From a virus, in the IMG/VR virus record IMGVR_UViG_3300035698_012962, positions 1 to 64,000 of that record: a stretch of 64,000 nt of DNA; one strand, written 5' to 3'. Below the pieces are notes generated by a model. That model did not search any database. It worked only from the letters and a program-made list of their open reading frames with translations, and was not told the origin of the DNA. The position numbers and the translations under genes were made by a program. Of this stretch, positions 27,996 to 37,089 are shown piece after piece. Each line of letters starts with the position of its first letter. Positions within the stretch are counted from its first letter, which is position 1.

Positions 27996-28583
27996 TTATC
28001 CAAGTTCTGTTATGATTTCTCTCATTAAATGTTGTGCTCTACACCAATCACCACATACATCGGTTCCTATTTGTTTCATTATAGATTCGTTCATAGGTGA
28101 CATAAATGCTCCGTGAGTTGATGGGTTAGATACAAAATCCCAACCTATTAGTTCAAAATCTTCTCCAACTTTCACTTTGTTCTCACCTAATGGTGTCGTT
28201 GAACCCATACCTCTAGATGATATACCTAAAAGTATTTCTGCTCTAATCAATTCCTTTAGAATATTTCCTGAAGGAGTATTTAAAATTTCTACAGTTCCTA
28301 TTAAATCATCACCATCCCAGTGGATTTCTCTGATATTATGTGAAACATTTTTTAAGTTAATTACAGAAGAATCAGGGTGATCTAATTCACCTAACGCTCT
28401 TCGTTCTTTTATAAGAGTTTCGTATTTTTTACATTCTCTTTCCAGAATATTTCTTGGGTATATTCGTCCGTTCTGATTTTCTTTACCAGCTCTTTGTAAA
28501 ACACCTCGTACTAAAACTCGACCTGACGAATCTTCTTGTAATTTTCCTTCGAATAATTGTGTTTCAATTAATAGTTTTTTCAT
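27996..28583 (-). CDS. Prohead protease (T4 gp21-like)
   Basis: N.NGRIYP, ALGELDHP, NVSH, TPSG, GISSRGMGS and DFVSNPST motifs. Confidence 0.95.
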   Translation of the reverse strand: MKKLLIETQLFEGKLQEDSSGRVLVRGVLQRAGKENQNGRIYPRNILERECKKYETLIKERRALGELDHPDSSVINLKNVSHNIREIHWDGDDLIGTVEILNTPSGNILKELIRAEILLGISSRGMGSTTPLGENKVKVGEDFELIGWDFVSNPSTHGAFMSPMNESIMKQIGTDVCGDWCRAQHLMREIITELG

Positions 28584-28623
28584 GATGTTAATTCTGTTTT
28601 AATTAAATTTGGTTCTAGTAGAT

Positions 28624-29856
28624 TCATTTTAAATTCCGTTTGATATACTCTCGTGCAGATTTTTCAGAAATAAACCAATATGTTGAAATATCCATCAATG
28701 TTTTCTTTCTCCATTTATTATCTTTATGGTGATACACCTTACCTTCAGCGTCTGAAATGTAATAATAAGTCTCAACTGCTCCCTTTCTCAACAGTTGGTT
28801 ACTGACAATCCAATAGTTTCCTTCTTTTGGCTCTTTTTTCAAGAAACTCCTTTCCTCATTTACTGATTCTGGTAATGGTCGACCTCTCTTTATATTATAA
28901 ACATATGAATCATATGCAGTTTTAATATCAATACTTTTTGAATTTTTTCTCCCATGTTTGAAATATCGGATTCTACTTGAGTATTTATCATATTTTGGTT
29001 TGTACACTGCATCCCGTTCACTCACATACGGACTGAAAACATCAGGTTTTTTTTTCTTAAATTCATCAAATGACATTGCACTAACTTCGTTTATTGATTC
29101 TATCATATAAGATGATGACCAATTAATTTGATCTATGATATCATCCATTGCGTCACCTCTACTATAATCTTCGATTTTCTCGTTTACATTTTGTTCGAAA
29201 AAATCTGCATCATACCAATCTTGAGCTCGATCATCATCGTTGAATTCCATACCTTTTAATACTGCCTTCATTTGGTCCTTGAATTTTTGATTATCCGTTT
29301 TTGTTTTCAGTTTATCTTTTTGATGTTTTAATTTCTTTAACTTTCTCATTTTGGTACGGTCAGCTTCAGTTAACGATTCGCTAAATTGAGTTACAATTTT
29401 CTTCTGAAATTTATTATTTGGTTTACCTGAAAGAGCAGTTGCAAAATCCATTCTGTCTTTTAGTGTACCTTTTCGTATATAATCAAAAAGTTTCTTTGAA
29501 TCTAAATTATGAGTATTGATAAATTTTTCAACTGCATCTGCGCGTGTACCAGAAAATCTTGCAATTCCTTGGGCATCTGAATTTATTGATTCACTTACGG
29601 CTCTTTTGGGATATGATTTACCAAATACTTTAAATTCATCTTCTACTGGAATATCTCCTTTTTGGTGATATTCATTTTTAGTCGACCATCCTTTGTCAAT
29701 AACATTAAAGAATTTCTTTTTGGTTTCATCATCCATATCAACGGGTGAATCAAATCCAAATTTATCCAATACCTTTTTGAAGAATACTTGATATTCAGAT
29801 TCTTCTTGTATTGTAGATTTAATAAGTTCTTTTAATTTTGATTTTGTAATTTTCAT
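28624..29856 (-). CDS. Putative capsid-internal polyprotein (class A leader)
   Basis: MKITKSKLKELIKSTIQE-E leader. Domains are separated by VSE-S, FSE-SLTE-A, VNE-K, MIE-SINE-V and LPE-SVNE-E. Confidence 0.7.
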   Translation of the reverse strand: MKITKSKLKELIKSTIQEESEYQVFFKKVLDKFGFDSPVDMDDETKKKFFNVIDKGWSTKNEYHQKGDIPVEDEFKVFGKSYPKRAVSESINSDAQGIARFSGTRADAVEKFINTHNLDSKKLFDYIRKGTLKDRMDFATALSGKPNNKFQKKIVTQFSESLTEADRTKMRKLKKLKHQKDKLKTKTDNQKFKDQMKAVLKGMEFNDDDRAQDWYDADFFEQNVNEKIEDYSRGDAMDDIIDQINWSSSYMIESINEVSAMSFDEFKKKKPDVFSPYVSERDAVYKPKYDKYSSRIRYFKHGRKNSKSIDIKTAYDSYVYNIKRGRPLPESVNEERSFLKKEPKEGNYWIVSNQLLRKGAVETYYYISDAEGKVYHHKDNKWRKKTLMDISTYWFISEKSAREYIKRNLK

Positions 29857-29860
29857 ATTT

Positions 29861-30127
29861 TTACTTTTTTAAATACACCCAAAATTCCTTTGGATTTTGT
29901 AGTTTCGTAACTCCACTTTGTAAGATACCTTTAATAATTGTTCCTAATATTTCACCATCGGAATACTTATCATATGCACGTGAATCAACTCCCTTTCTAT
30001 TCTTTACATCGTCTACTAAATCTTTAAATGCTTTATCAAATTTTTTAACATTTGAAACTGCATCTTCATTAATATTTGATAATTCTTCTCTAATAATTTC
30101 TTGTAATTGTTTTTTTGTTAATTTCAT
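29861..30127 (-). CDS. Putative capsid-internal protein (class A leader)
   Basis: MKLTKKQLQEIIREELSNINE-D leader. Confidence 0.7.
   Translation of the reverse strand: MKLTKKQLQEIIREELSNINEDAVSNVKKFDKAFKDLVDDVKNRKGVDSRAYDKYSDGEILGTIIKGILQSGVTKLQNPKEFWVYLKK
30083..30127 (-). repeat. 45-bp exact repeat encoding MKLTKKQLQEIIREE, copy 1
   Basis: Identical to 30376-30420; the sequences diverge right after the leader. Confidence 0.9.
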
Positions 30128-30420
30128 TATTTTATCATTCCTTTAAGTTCTGTTTTTATTCTTTTAGCAGTTTCACCTTTCCAAGTGTGTGCATTTGATA
30201 AGAAATATACTACAATAGATTTTGCACTATCCATAAGGTATTTATCATTAATAGATGTTAATGAATGCATTGCTTCCAAATATGGCTTGGCCGCGTAATT
30301 TACCTTTTTCCAATCTTTACTGATCTCATTTGCTATTACATATAAAGGCCTCTGACCTTCAGTTAATCGTTGGATTTCTTCTCTAATAATTTCTTGTAAT
30401 TGTTTTTTTGTTAATTTCAT
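30127..30420 (-). CDS. Putative capsid-internal protein (class A leader)
   Basis: MKLTKKQLQEIIREEIQRLTE-G, then a small helical domain RPLY.IA.EI..DW....AKPYLEAM...YFLSNA.TW.GETA.RIK.EL. Confidence 0.7.
   Translation of the reverse strand: MKLTKKQLQEIIREEIQRLTEGQRPLYVIANEISKDWKKVNYAAKPYLEAMHSLTSINDKYLMDSAKSIVVYFLSNAHTWKGETAKRIKTELKGMIK
30376..30420 (-). repeat. 45-bp exact repeat, copy 2
   Basis: Identical to 30083-30127. Confidence 0.9.
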
Positions 30421-31427
30421 ACCATTTTATTTATTAATGTTGTAATAAATTCTGCACTTATTGATTTTTTCTTTACTTTCTTTTTCTTTCCACCTACTTC
30501 AATCTCTAATACAGCATTCCGTCTGTCCCACTTTAATACAACATCCTTGGGATGAACTTTTGTATTATTGATGATAGACTTAACCACAACTGCTGCGAAT
30601 GTGCCTTCAATCCCATCCCAATGTTTTACTTTTGTTCCTCTGTACTTTTGTGAGAATGATAGTAAATCATTTGGGGATACTTCAGTCAATGATTCTGTTA
30701 GAAATTCGTTATAAAGGGTTTCCATCTGTTTCATTAAATCTGGAAGTTGATCACCCAATGTTTTATACTTACGAATATTTAGCCCAACATCTCCTGATAT
30801 AAAATCAATTATTCTAACATTCTTAACATCATTACCATTACCCAATTTTTCTAAAAATGATTCTACTTTTTTAGAATCCCATTTTGCTTTAAGTAATTGA
30901 TGAATTGCTTTTCCGTATTTAGAATCTTCAAAAAAGTCAGTAGCTCTACGGGATGATTCATTCACTGATTCATTTATATCATCTAATGATGTGTCTAATG
31001 TTTGTAGCTTCCCTACTAATTTCACTACTCGTTCTTTTATTTTTTTAATATGACTTTGTGTCCGTTTCCAATAGGCATCTTTAGGTACTTCATTTTCCAT
31101 TCGGATTCTGTTGTACCAATTTAGAAATTTATCCATTTCTTGTAGTTCATATCGGATCTTACGAATTCCACAACCTATTTTTTGATTTGGAGTTGCTTCA
31201 CTATTTTTTAACTCTAACCATCGGTTTGTGTATTCTTCATTTACTCTTGTATATCCAGTAGACTTATTTAACCTATCTACATATTCATCATCAGTAGAAT
31301 CCCCTTTTGCAAAAGCGTGTGGAGTTTGATACCCTGCTACATTTCCCGTAGCGGACATTTCTTCCAATTCTTCTTCTTCTTCTTTTATTAATTCTCTAAT
31401 AAGTTTTCTTAATTGGGATTTTTTCAT
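30417..31427 (-). CDS. Putative capsid-internal polyprotein (class A leader)
   Basis: MKKSQLRKLIRELIKEEEEELEE-M leader; internal VNE-E, INE-SVNE-S and LTE-SLTE-V sites. Confidence 0.7.
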   Translation of the reverse strand: MKKSQLRKLIRELIKEEEEELEEMSATGNVAGYQTPHAFAKGDSTDDEYVDRLNKSTGYTRVNEEYTNRWLELKNSEATPNQKIGCGIRKIRYELQEMDKFLNWYNRIRMENEVPKDAYWKRTQSHIKKIKERVVKLVGKLQTLDTSLDDINESVNESSRRATDFFEDSKYGKAIHQLLKAKWDSKKVESFLEKLGNGNDVKNVRIIDFISGDVGLNIRKYKTLGDQLPDLMKQMETLYNEFLTESLTEVSPNDLLSFSQKYRGTKVKHWDGIEGTFAAVVVKSIINNTKVHPKDVVLKWDRRNAVLEIEVGGKKKKVKKKSISAEFITTLINKMV

Positions 31428-31429
31428 TA

Positions 31430-31777
31430 TTATTTCATTGCCTTAAATATTGGTTTTAGTAACTTAAAATAAGTTACTTCATCTTTTTTAACATCATATG
31501 ATGGTTTAAATCGTTTAGATGTTTGGTATATATAATCACCAGATCCTTTTTCTAATACATCAATTGGTAGATTTTCTTCACCTTCCCAAAATGGAGTAGC
31601 GTAAATAAGATGTTTTCCACTTACCCACATAAACGTTCCTGCCATTGCTTCGTAATCCGGTTGCCAACCATCTACTTTTTTATTTTTATATTTATTTCTT
31701 AAATGTGAAATGAATTCATATTGGTAATCATAATCTACAGATTCTTTTAGTAATGATTTTAATTTAATATTTTTCAT
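31430..31777 (-). CDS. Putative capsid-internal protein (class B leader)
   Basis: MKNIKLKSLLKE-S leader. Confidence 0.7.
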   Translation of the reverse strand: MKNIKLKSLLKESVDYDYQYEFISHLRNKYKNKKVDGWQPDYEAMAGTFMWVSGKHLIYATPFWEGEENLPIDVLEKGSGDYIYQTSKRFKPSYDVKKDEVTYFKLLKPIFKAMK

Positions 31778-32661
31778 AATTTTTTTAGTTTTTTCTTTAG
31801 TTCCTGAATCAACTCATAAGATATCATCATTGTAGATACATACTTATCAGGTATTCGTTGTTTTACTTTAAATCTTTCTAGTAGCTGAATGATTTCATCC
31901 AATTTAATAGATGTTACTTTATCTTTTACCTTTGGTGATATCTTTTTAAGTTCACCTAATACTTTCTTACGTTCAGTATCAATAAAAGTAGAAAAATCAT
32001 TTGTATTAGATATATTATTGATGTAGTTTTTTAATACCGATTTTTGGTCTGTATTTAGTGTATTGTACTTTTTATTAAAGTTTTCCACTAAAATTTTATA
32101 AGTAAGTAAACGTAAATCTTTTTCTTGTTCCTTATATTCTTTGAACATTATCTCATTTAACTTCTCTCCTTTATTTTGAATGGATGATGACATTACGTGT
32201 TCTACGATGGTATACTTCGAATTAAATATATCTTTGATATCATATCCAGATTCATGCTTAGCTTCAAACAATTTATATACAGATGCTAGTTCTTTATAGT
32301 TAGTTATATTAGATGAAAAGAATTTATCCGTATCGAATGATTCTTTTATTTTTTTAACCAACTCATACTTTTCTCTAGTAACTTTCTTTAAATCTACTTT
32401 ACGTAAATGTTCTTCGGTTACAAGATCAATAAACTTTTCAGCTCTGTTTTCAGAATTATACTTTTCATTCATCAATAGATGGTATAATTTAAGTTCCTTA
32501 GCCAATTCAGTTTTTGACCCAAAATGCTCTTGTAGAATAGATTGGGCGTTTTGGTCTTTATTATTAAGAATCTCTAATGTTATTTGTCGTACTAATAATT
32601 CAAATAAAATCCCAGTATTTTTGTACTTACTATGTTTTATTTGTGATTTACGGTTTTTCAT
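31774..32661 (-). CDS. Helical head-module protein next to the portal
   Basis: 295 aa, KHSKYKNTGILFELLVRQIT start; lies between portal and protease. Confidence 0.7.
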   Translation of the reverse strand: MKNRKSQIKHSKYKNTGILFELLVRQITLEILNNKDQNAQSILQEHFGSKTELAKELKLYHLLMNEKYNSENRAEKFIDLVTEEHLRKVDLKKVTREKYELVKKIKESFDTDKFFSSNITNYKELASVYKLFEAKHESGYDIKDIFNSKYTIVEHVMSSSIQNKGEKLNEIMFKEYKEQEKDLRLLTYKILVENFNKKYNTLNTDQKSVLKNYINNISNTNDFSTFIDTERKKVLGELKKISPKVKDKVTSIKLDEIIQLLERFKVKQRIPDKYVSTMMISYELIQELKKKLKKL

Positions 32662-32702
32662 ATTGTTGTTTATTAAATGTAAATAAAGAATATCCTATAC
32701 AG

Positions 32703-32711
32703 TATAAATAT
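32703..32711 (-). promoter_or_regulatory. Putative late promoter
   Basis: TATAAATAT on + strand about 42 bp upstream of 32661. Confidence 0.45.
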
Positions 32712-32741
32712 AAGATAAAATTAGTTTTCATATTATTTTCT

Positions 32742-35570
32742 TTAAGTTATAATATCTTTGCTCTTTTTCTTCATATTTTTAGCCACTCTCAATGAAGAAA
32801 GTTTATCCTTTTTACTGTAACCCTCTGTTTCTCTGTTTCTTGGTTTTTCATTTTCTTTATTTCCTAATGGATCTCTTCCATATGCGTGATCATCTCTACC
32901 ATAATTTCCACCTTCTTTTGGTCTACCCCCTTTATTGGAAAATTCACTTTTTATATTTTCCAATTCACCTTCAACATCAACGGGGTCGGGTTGTTCAGCT
33001 GGGTCTTCACCTAATGTAGAAATTTGCTCATGTCTAAATTGATCTTTTAAATCTTGGATAATTTTAACTTTTTGTTTATCTTTCTCTTCTTCAGATAGAT
33101 TAAACACTTTTTCATAAATATAATCAGTTGAAAACATCTTCAGTCGTTTCATATCATCTGCCAGTCTTACTTTTTCAGACCATAAATTTATTTTCTCTTG
33201 TTCATAAATGGTAGATGGGTTTGTCAATTTCAATTCAAAATTAGTAATATCTCTCTCTGGTACACCTATTGAATATAAATGTAGAATAGCGATCTTAGTT
33301 AATTCAGATACAACGATTCTCTGAATTCTTTCAATAGTTCTTGCAAATCGAACATCTTCTGCGGCGATCGTAGCTTTACCCGAGTTATGTATAATAACAC
33401 CAGCATCTGTACCAAAGTTATGATATTTTGCTATACGAACATCACACGTATCAATACGTTCATTTAATATCTCAACCGATTTAACCTTATGATTTTTAAA
33501 ATTATTTATAAAACCTTTATTATTCTGTGATAAAGGCATATGTTCCATTATAAAATCAAGTTTATCTATTTTATGAAAATTAAAAATTCTATTTAAAGTA
33601 TTTCTATCTACATTTAATTTATTTTCAAGTTCCTTAAATGATTTTGAAAGTGTCGCATATTTTACAATAGTTCCTAATTCAAATTTGTCATATTTTGTAT
33701 TATATAATTCTAAATCTTCATCAGTATAACAACAATTATTACTACAATATAATTGATCACTACTACTTGTTATATAAATTTCATTATCACAATTGACATT
33801 TTTACATTTTATATATTCACCAGTTCTGGTTCCTTTGTTCCATGGACCATTAGTTTGTACCCATTCTCCTAATTTTTTAGATGATTTTATTCCTCCAATT
33901 CTACCGTTTTTTGATTGGTTTTCTAAAAACGTATCACTGTTTCTATACAGTTCCATTGCTAACGAATTATTTCCTTCTCTAGCCAATTGAATATGATAAT
34001 TTCTATGTTCATTCCAATCCATAGAACAATCAAAATTATCAGGATTATTATTCCATTTATTTAAATCAATGTGGTGTATGACTTTTCCCTTCTTCCGTTT
34101 ATTAAAATATTCTGCGACAAGTTGATGAACTAGTTTATATTTATTATCAGATGGATTATAAACAGTAGTATAATCTTTAATAAATTTATTGTCACTTCTA
34201 TCTAAATATAGTGGCATAAGAGAATCATCTTTTTTTAGTTCTATTGCGTCTACCCATTCACCATCTCTCTTTAAAAACTTATGATCAGGTGTACAAGTTA
34301 TAAACTTATCATTATCTAACCATACTTTAACAACTTTAGCATCTTTTCTTGTCATACCTGCCCATTCTAATTTACCAGGTACAATATTATTTGTTTCTTC
34401 ATCCAATGAATAAACATAATGTTGAATTCCATTTTCAAAATCTTCTATAATCTCTTCTGCTGTTTTAGTTTCACCAGACAGTAAAGGAATTTTTGTGTCA
34501 GGTGATATACATACGTCTTCCTCGTATCCTAAATACGCTTTTGGAATTTTCAATGCAGCAAATAACTTAGCTTTAAGATAATCAATATCCTCAATCGCGT
34601 TATATTCTAAACCTGGTAATGAATCAATCTTAGTTCCACTATCAGATCCCCTAACTGGAAGAAAGAAATCTTCAGTTAGATTTTGCATATTATATTTTAA
34701 GTTGTAATCTCCAGATTTTTTATCTAAAAATGGAATTTTCTTCATCTTATTAATAATCTTCTGCATGTAATTATCAATCTCATTTGGATTGACATTACCG
34801 ATATCAATAGAAAAGATTCTCTTCTCTGGAGCTCTCATTATTCTATGGATTAACATAGCATCTTCCATTAATGTTAATTGTTTCCACAATCTTCTTGCGT
34901 TTTCAATCATTGCTTTACCATAAGGAAGGAAGTTAGTATCTGAAAGTAAACGAAAATGAGCCATTTCGTAATTTTCATATTCACTCTTTATTGTATTCTC
35001 TACTTTAAATTTAACATAGTTCGGATTTTCAGGATCAGTATCCTCTAATCGTTCTACATTATAAACAGAAAGTGGTTGTACATTTACAACTCCGGCGCCT
35101 TCTGCCATTTCTAATGAAAGATAAAAATCACCATACTTTGATAAATTGCGAACCCAAGGCCAAATGTTGAATTCAATATTTAATATGTCATAAAATAGAT
35201 TCTCTAAATTTTCCCGTATTGTTTGATTTGGGGATTTGATTGTTAATACGTCACCAAATTCAGATTGTAATGTAGATTCATCTGCATATATATCTAATGC
35301 AGAACTGATAATAGCATCCATATCCATACTATCATAATCTCTAAATAATTCTCTACGTATTTGTTGATATGCTAATGAATTATTTTGCCCCAGTTGATCA
35401 TAGAATGATTTTTGTAATCTTGAATATCTATCAGTAGATGAACGTAAATTTGTAATTTGCCGTTTATCCAAATCAGTTACATTACGTTTACCATCCGCAT
35501 CAACTGTTATAATCGTTTGTGTTGAAAATAATTTCTTTAACCTATCAAAAAATGATTTGTTATCTGCCAT
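32742..35570 (-). CDS. Portal protein (T4 gp20-like) with intein
   Basis: ALDIYADE, LMEDAMLIHRIMRAPEKRIF.ID.GN, EDFFLP.RG...GT.I..LPG, ALKIPK and EDVRFARTI.RIQ motifs. Confidence 0.92.
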   Translation of the reverse strand: MADNKSFFDRLKKLFSTQTIITVDADGKRNVTDLDKRQITNLRSSTDRYSRLQKSFYDQLGQNNSLAYQQIRRELFRDYDSMDMDAIISSALDIYADESTLQSEFGDVLTIKSPNQTIRENLENLFYDILNIEFNIWPWVRNLSKYGDFYLSLEMAEGAGVVNVQPLSVYNVERLEDTDPENPNYVKFKVENTIKSEYENYEMAHFRLLSDTNFLPYGKAMIENARRLWKQLTLMEDAMLIHRIMRAPEKRIFSIDIGNVNPNEIDNYMQKIINKMKKIPFLDKKSGDYNLKYNMQNLTEDFFLPVRGSDSGTKIDSLPGLEYNAIEDIDYLKAKLFAALKIPKAYLGYEEDVCISPDTKIPLLSGETKTAEEIIEDFENGIQHYVYSLDEETNNIVPGKLEWAGMTRKDAKVVKVWLDNDKFITCTPDHKFLKRDGEWVDAIELKKDDSLMPLYLDRSDNKFIKDYTTVYNPSDNKYKLVHQLVAEYFNKRKKGKVIHHIDLNKWNNNPDNFDCSMDWNEHRNYHIQLAREGNNSLAMELYRNSDTFLENQSKNGRIGGIKSSKKLGEWVQTNGPWNKGTRTGEYIKCKNVNCDNEIYITSSSDQLYCSNNCCYTDEDLELYNTKYDKFELGTIVKYATLSKSFKELENKLNVDRNTLNRIFNFHKIDKLDFIMEHMPLSQNNKGFINNFKNHKVKSVEILNERIDTCDVRIAKYHNFGTDAGVIIHNSGKATIAAEDVRFARTIERIQRIVVSELTKIAILHLYSIGVPERDITNFELKLTNPSTIYEQEKINLWSEKVRLADDMKRLKMFSTDYIYEKVFNLSEEEKDKQKVKIIQDLKDQFRHEQISTLGEDPAEQPDPVDVEGELENIKSEFSNKGGRPKEGGNYGRDDHAYGRDPLGNKENEKPRNRETEGYSKKDKLSSLRVAKNMKKKSKDIIT
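33384..34511 (-). mobile_element. Intein (376 aa) with HNH homing endonuclease, inside the portal
   Basis: Junctions EEDV|CISPDT and GVIIHN|SGK; block B CTPDHKF; HNH motif VHQLVAE...IHHIDLNKWNNNPDN. Confidence 0.92.
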
Positions 35571-35579
35571 AATTTATAA

Positions 35580-36107
35580 TTATATATTTTTTCTATTTTT
35601 CCAAAAATTGGTTGCATCCTTTGATTGAGGACTTGCAGGTTTGAACTTTTTCTTAAAGTATCGCTCTGCTAAATTATACATCTCCGTTGCTACTTTTTGT
35701 CGTCTATATGTTGGGTGAACTTGTACAGCTCCTTCTAATTCAGTATCACTAATTCCACTCCATTTGGCAATATCTAAATCACCTGCATATAATCCTGATG
35801 GAATATGGAAGGAAGTTACTGCTCCATAAAAATCATCATCTGACTTATTTCTATCTGTTAATATAAACTCAAAATCTTTTTTCTTAACTTTCTTTAATAC
35901 CTTTTCTTTTTTTAATTGAGTTCTGTAATATTCAGTAATTTTATCATGATCAATATTATCAAATTTACCAGTTTCAAATAAAATATCCATTAACTTAGGG
36001 CTTTCATTTGTTGGAAGAAACGCATTATGAAATGGATTAGAGTATACTCTTCCCAAATCGAATGTTTGATTTCCTATTTTAACTGTTTTAATATTAGGTG
36101 GTCTCAT
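35580..36107 (-). CDS. GNAT-family acetyltransferase with internal leader-like segment
   Basis: VQVHPTYRRQKVATEMY acetyl-CoA motif and QSKDA..FW; preceded by PTNE-SPKLMDILFE-T. Confidence 0.7.
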   Translation of the reverse strand: MRPPNIKTVKIGNQTFDLGRVYSNPFHNAFLPTNESPKLMDILFETGKFDNIDHDKITEYYRTQLKKEKVLKKVKKKDFEFILTDRNKSDDDFYGAVTSFHIPSGLYAGDLDIAKWSGISDTELEGAVQVHPTYRRQKVATEMYNLAERYFKKKFKPASPQSKDATNFWKNRKNI

Positions 36108-36497
36108 TTATATTAATTTACTTTGTAATTTATTTAGTTTATCTTGTTCCCGCTTTGTTTGTGTCAATACTTTGTTCATTTCAGTTCCGATTCGATCTGC
36201 AATCGGCCCACCCTCGATTTCAGCAGTTTGTTCCATTTCGAAATTCAAGTCGTGAAATTGGTTTTTTAAATCACTTATCTTTTCTTCAACATCAGCTATT
36301 TGTCCTAATAACTTATAATATTGTGATGGAGTTAATCTTCTTGTTTTCGTTTGTGGTGGATCGGTCTTCTTTTTCATTGATCTAGTAGTAGAATCTCTCC
36401 ACTTATTAGCTAATACTGGAGGTAATGGGGCGTAAGAAACTTCATTGATTTTTTTAATTTCTTCTCGTATAATTTGAATTAATTCTGATTTTTTCAT
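36108..36497 (-). CDS. Putative capsid-internal coiled-coil protein (class A leader)
   Basis: MKKSELIQIIREEIKKINE-V leader. Confidence 0.7.
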   Translation of the reverse strand: MKKSELIQIIREEIKKINEVSYAPLPPVLANKWRDSTTRSMKKKTDPPQTKTRRLTPSQYYKLLGQIADVEEKISDLKNQFHDLNFEMEQTAEIEGGPIADRIGTEMNKVLTQTKREQDKLNKLQSKLI

Positions 36498-37003
36498 AAT
36501 CCTAATTGTTTTAATTGTTTTATTGTATCAGATGCGGATTTATGTAAAATTCCAATTCCATCTTTTAATCTCCAATCTTTGATGTTTGATTCTCTATCAT
36601 CTATAAGAATTGATGTAGGTGTAGCCCATTTCTTTTTTTCAAATGAACGTGCTAAAATTAATGGAGTATTTGATAATTCACGTTTCACCCATATCTTTTT
36701 TCCTTCTGCTGATGTCTTTTCTTTTGAAGGCGAAGATAAAAGTGTAGGATTATATTTTTTAATATAGTTCCATAATTTTTTGCCATCTGGCATCCATTCC
36801 ATATTAGCCCACCAATCTTTCCCAGCATCTGAAATGGGTTTCCAAAAATCTGGCTTAGAAAGTTTATCAGTTGCAATATGGGATTTCGTACCTGTCAATT
36901 CATAATATGCTTTGTCAAAATCCGTGAGACATCCGTCCATGTCTTGATAAATATTATATTTAATATTTTTATTTTCACTAATCAAATCTCTTAATCTTAT
37001 CAT
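36494..37003 (-). CDS. HAD-family 5'(3')-deoxyribonucleotidase-like protein with class B leader
   Basis: MIRLRDLISE-N leader, then DMDGCLTDF, LSSP, GK..W and LIDDR..N...W...GIGILH motifs. Confidence 0.8.
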   Translation of the reverse strand: MIRLRDLISENKNIKYNIYQDMDGCLTDFDKAYYELTGTKSHIATDKLSKPDFWKPISDAGKDWWANMEWMPDGKKLWNYIKKYNPTLLSSPSKEKTSAEGKKIWVKRELSNTPLILARSFEKKKWATPTSILIDDRESNIKDWRLKDGIGILHKSASDTIKQLKQLGL

Positions 37004-37055
37004 TTTTAAATATAATCTGTTTATTAAACCACATGAATGGTTTGATTTATATAAC

Positions 37056-37064
37056 TATAAGTAT
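37056..37064 (-). promoter_or_regulatory. Putative late promoter
   Basis: TATAAGTAT about 53 bp upstream of 37003. Confidence 0.5.
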
Positions 37065-37089
37065 AGGTTTTGAATAAAAAAGAAATTAT

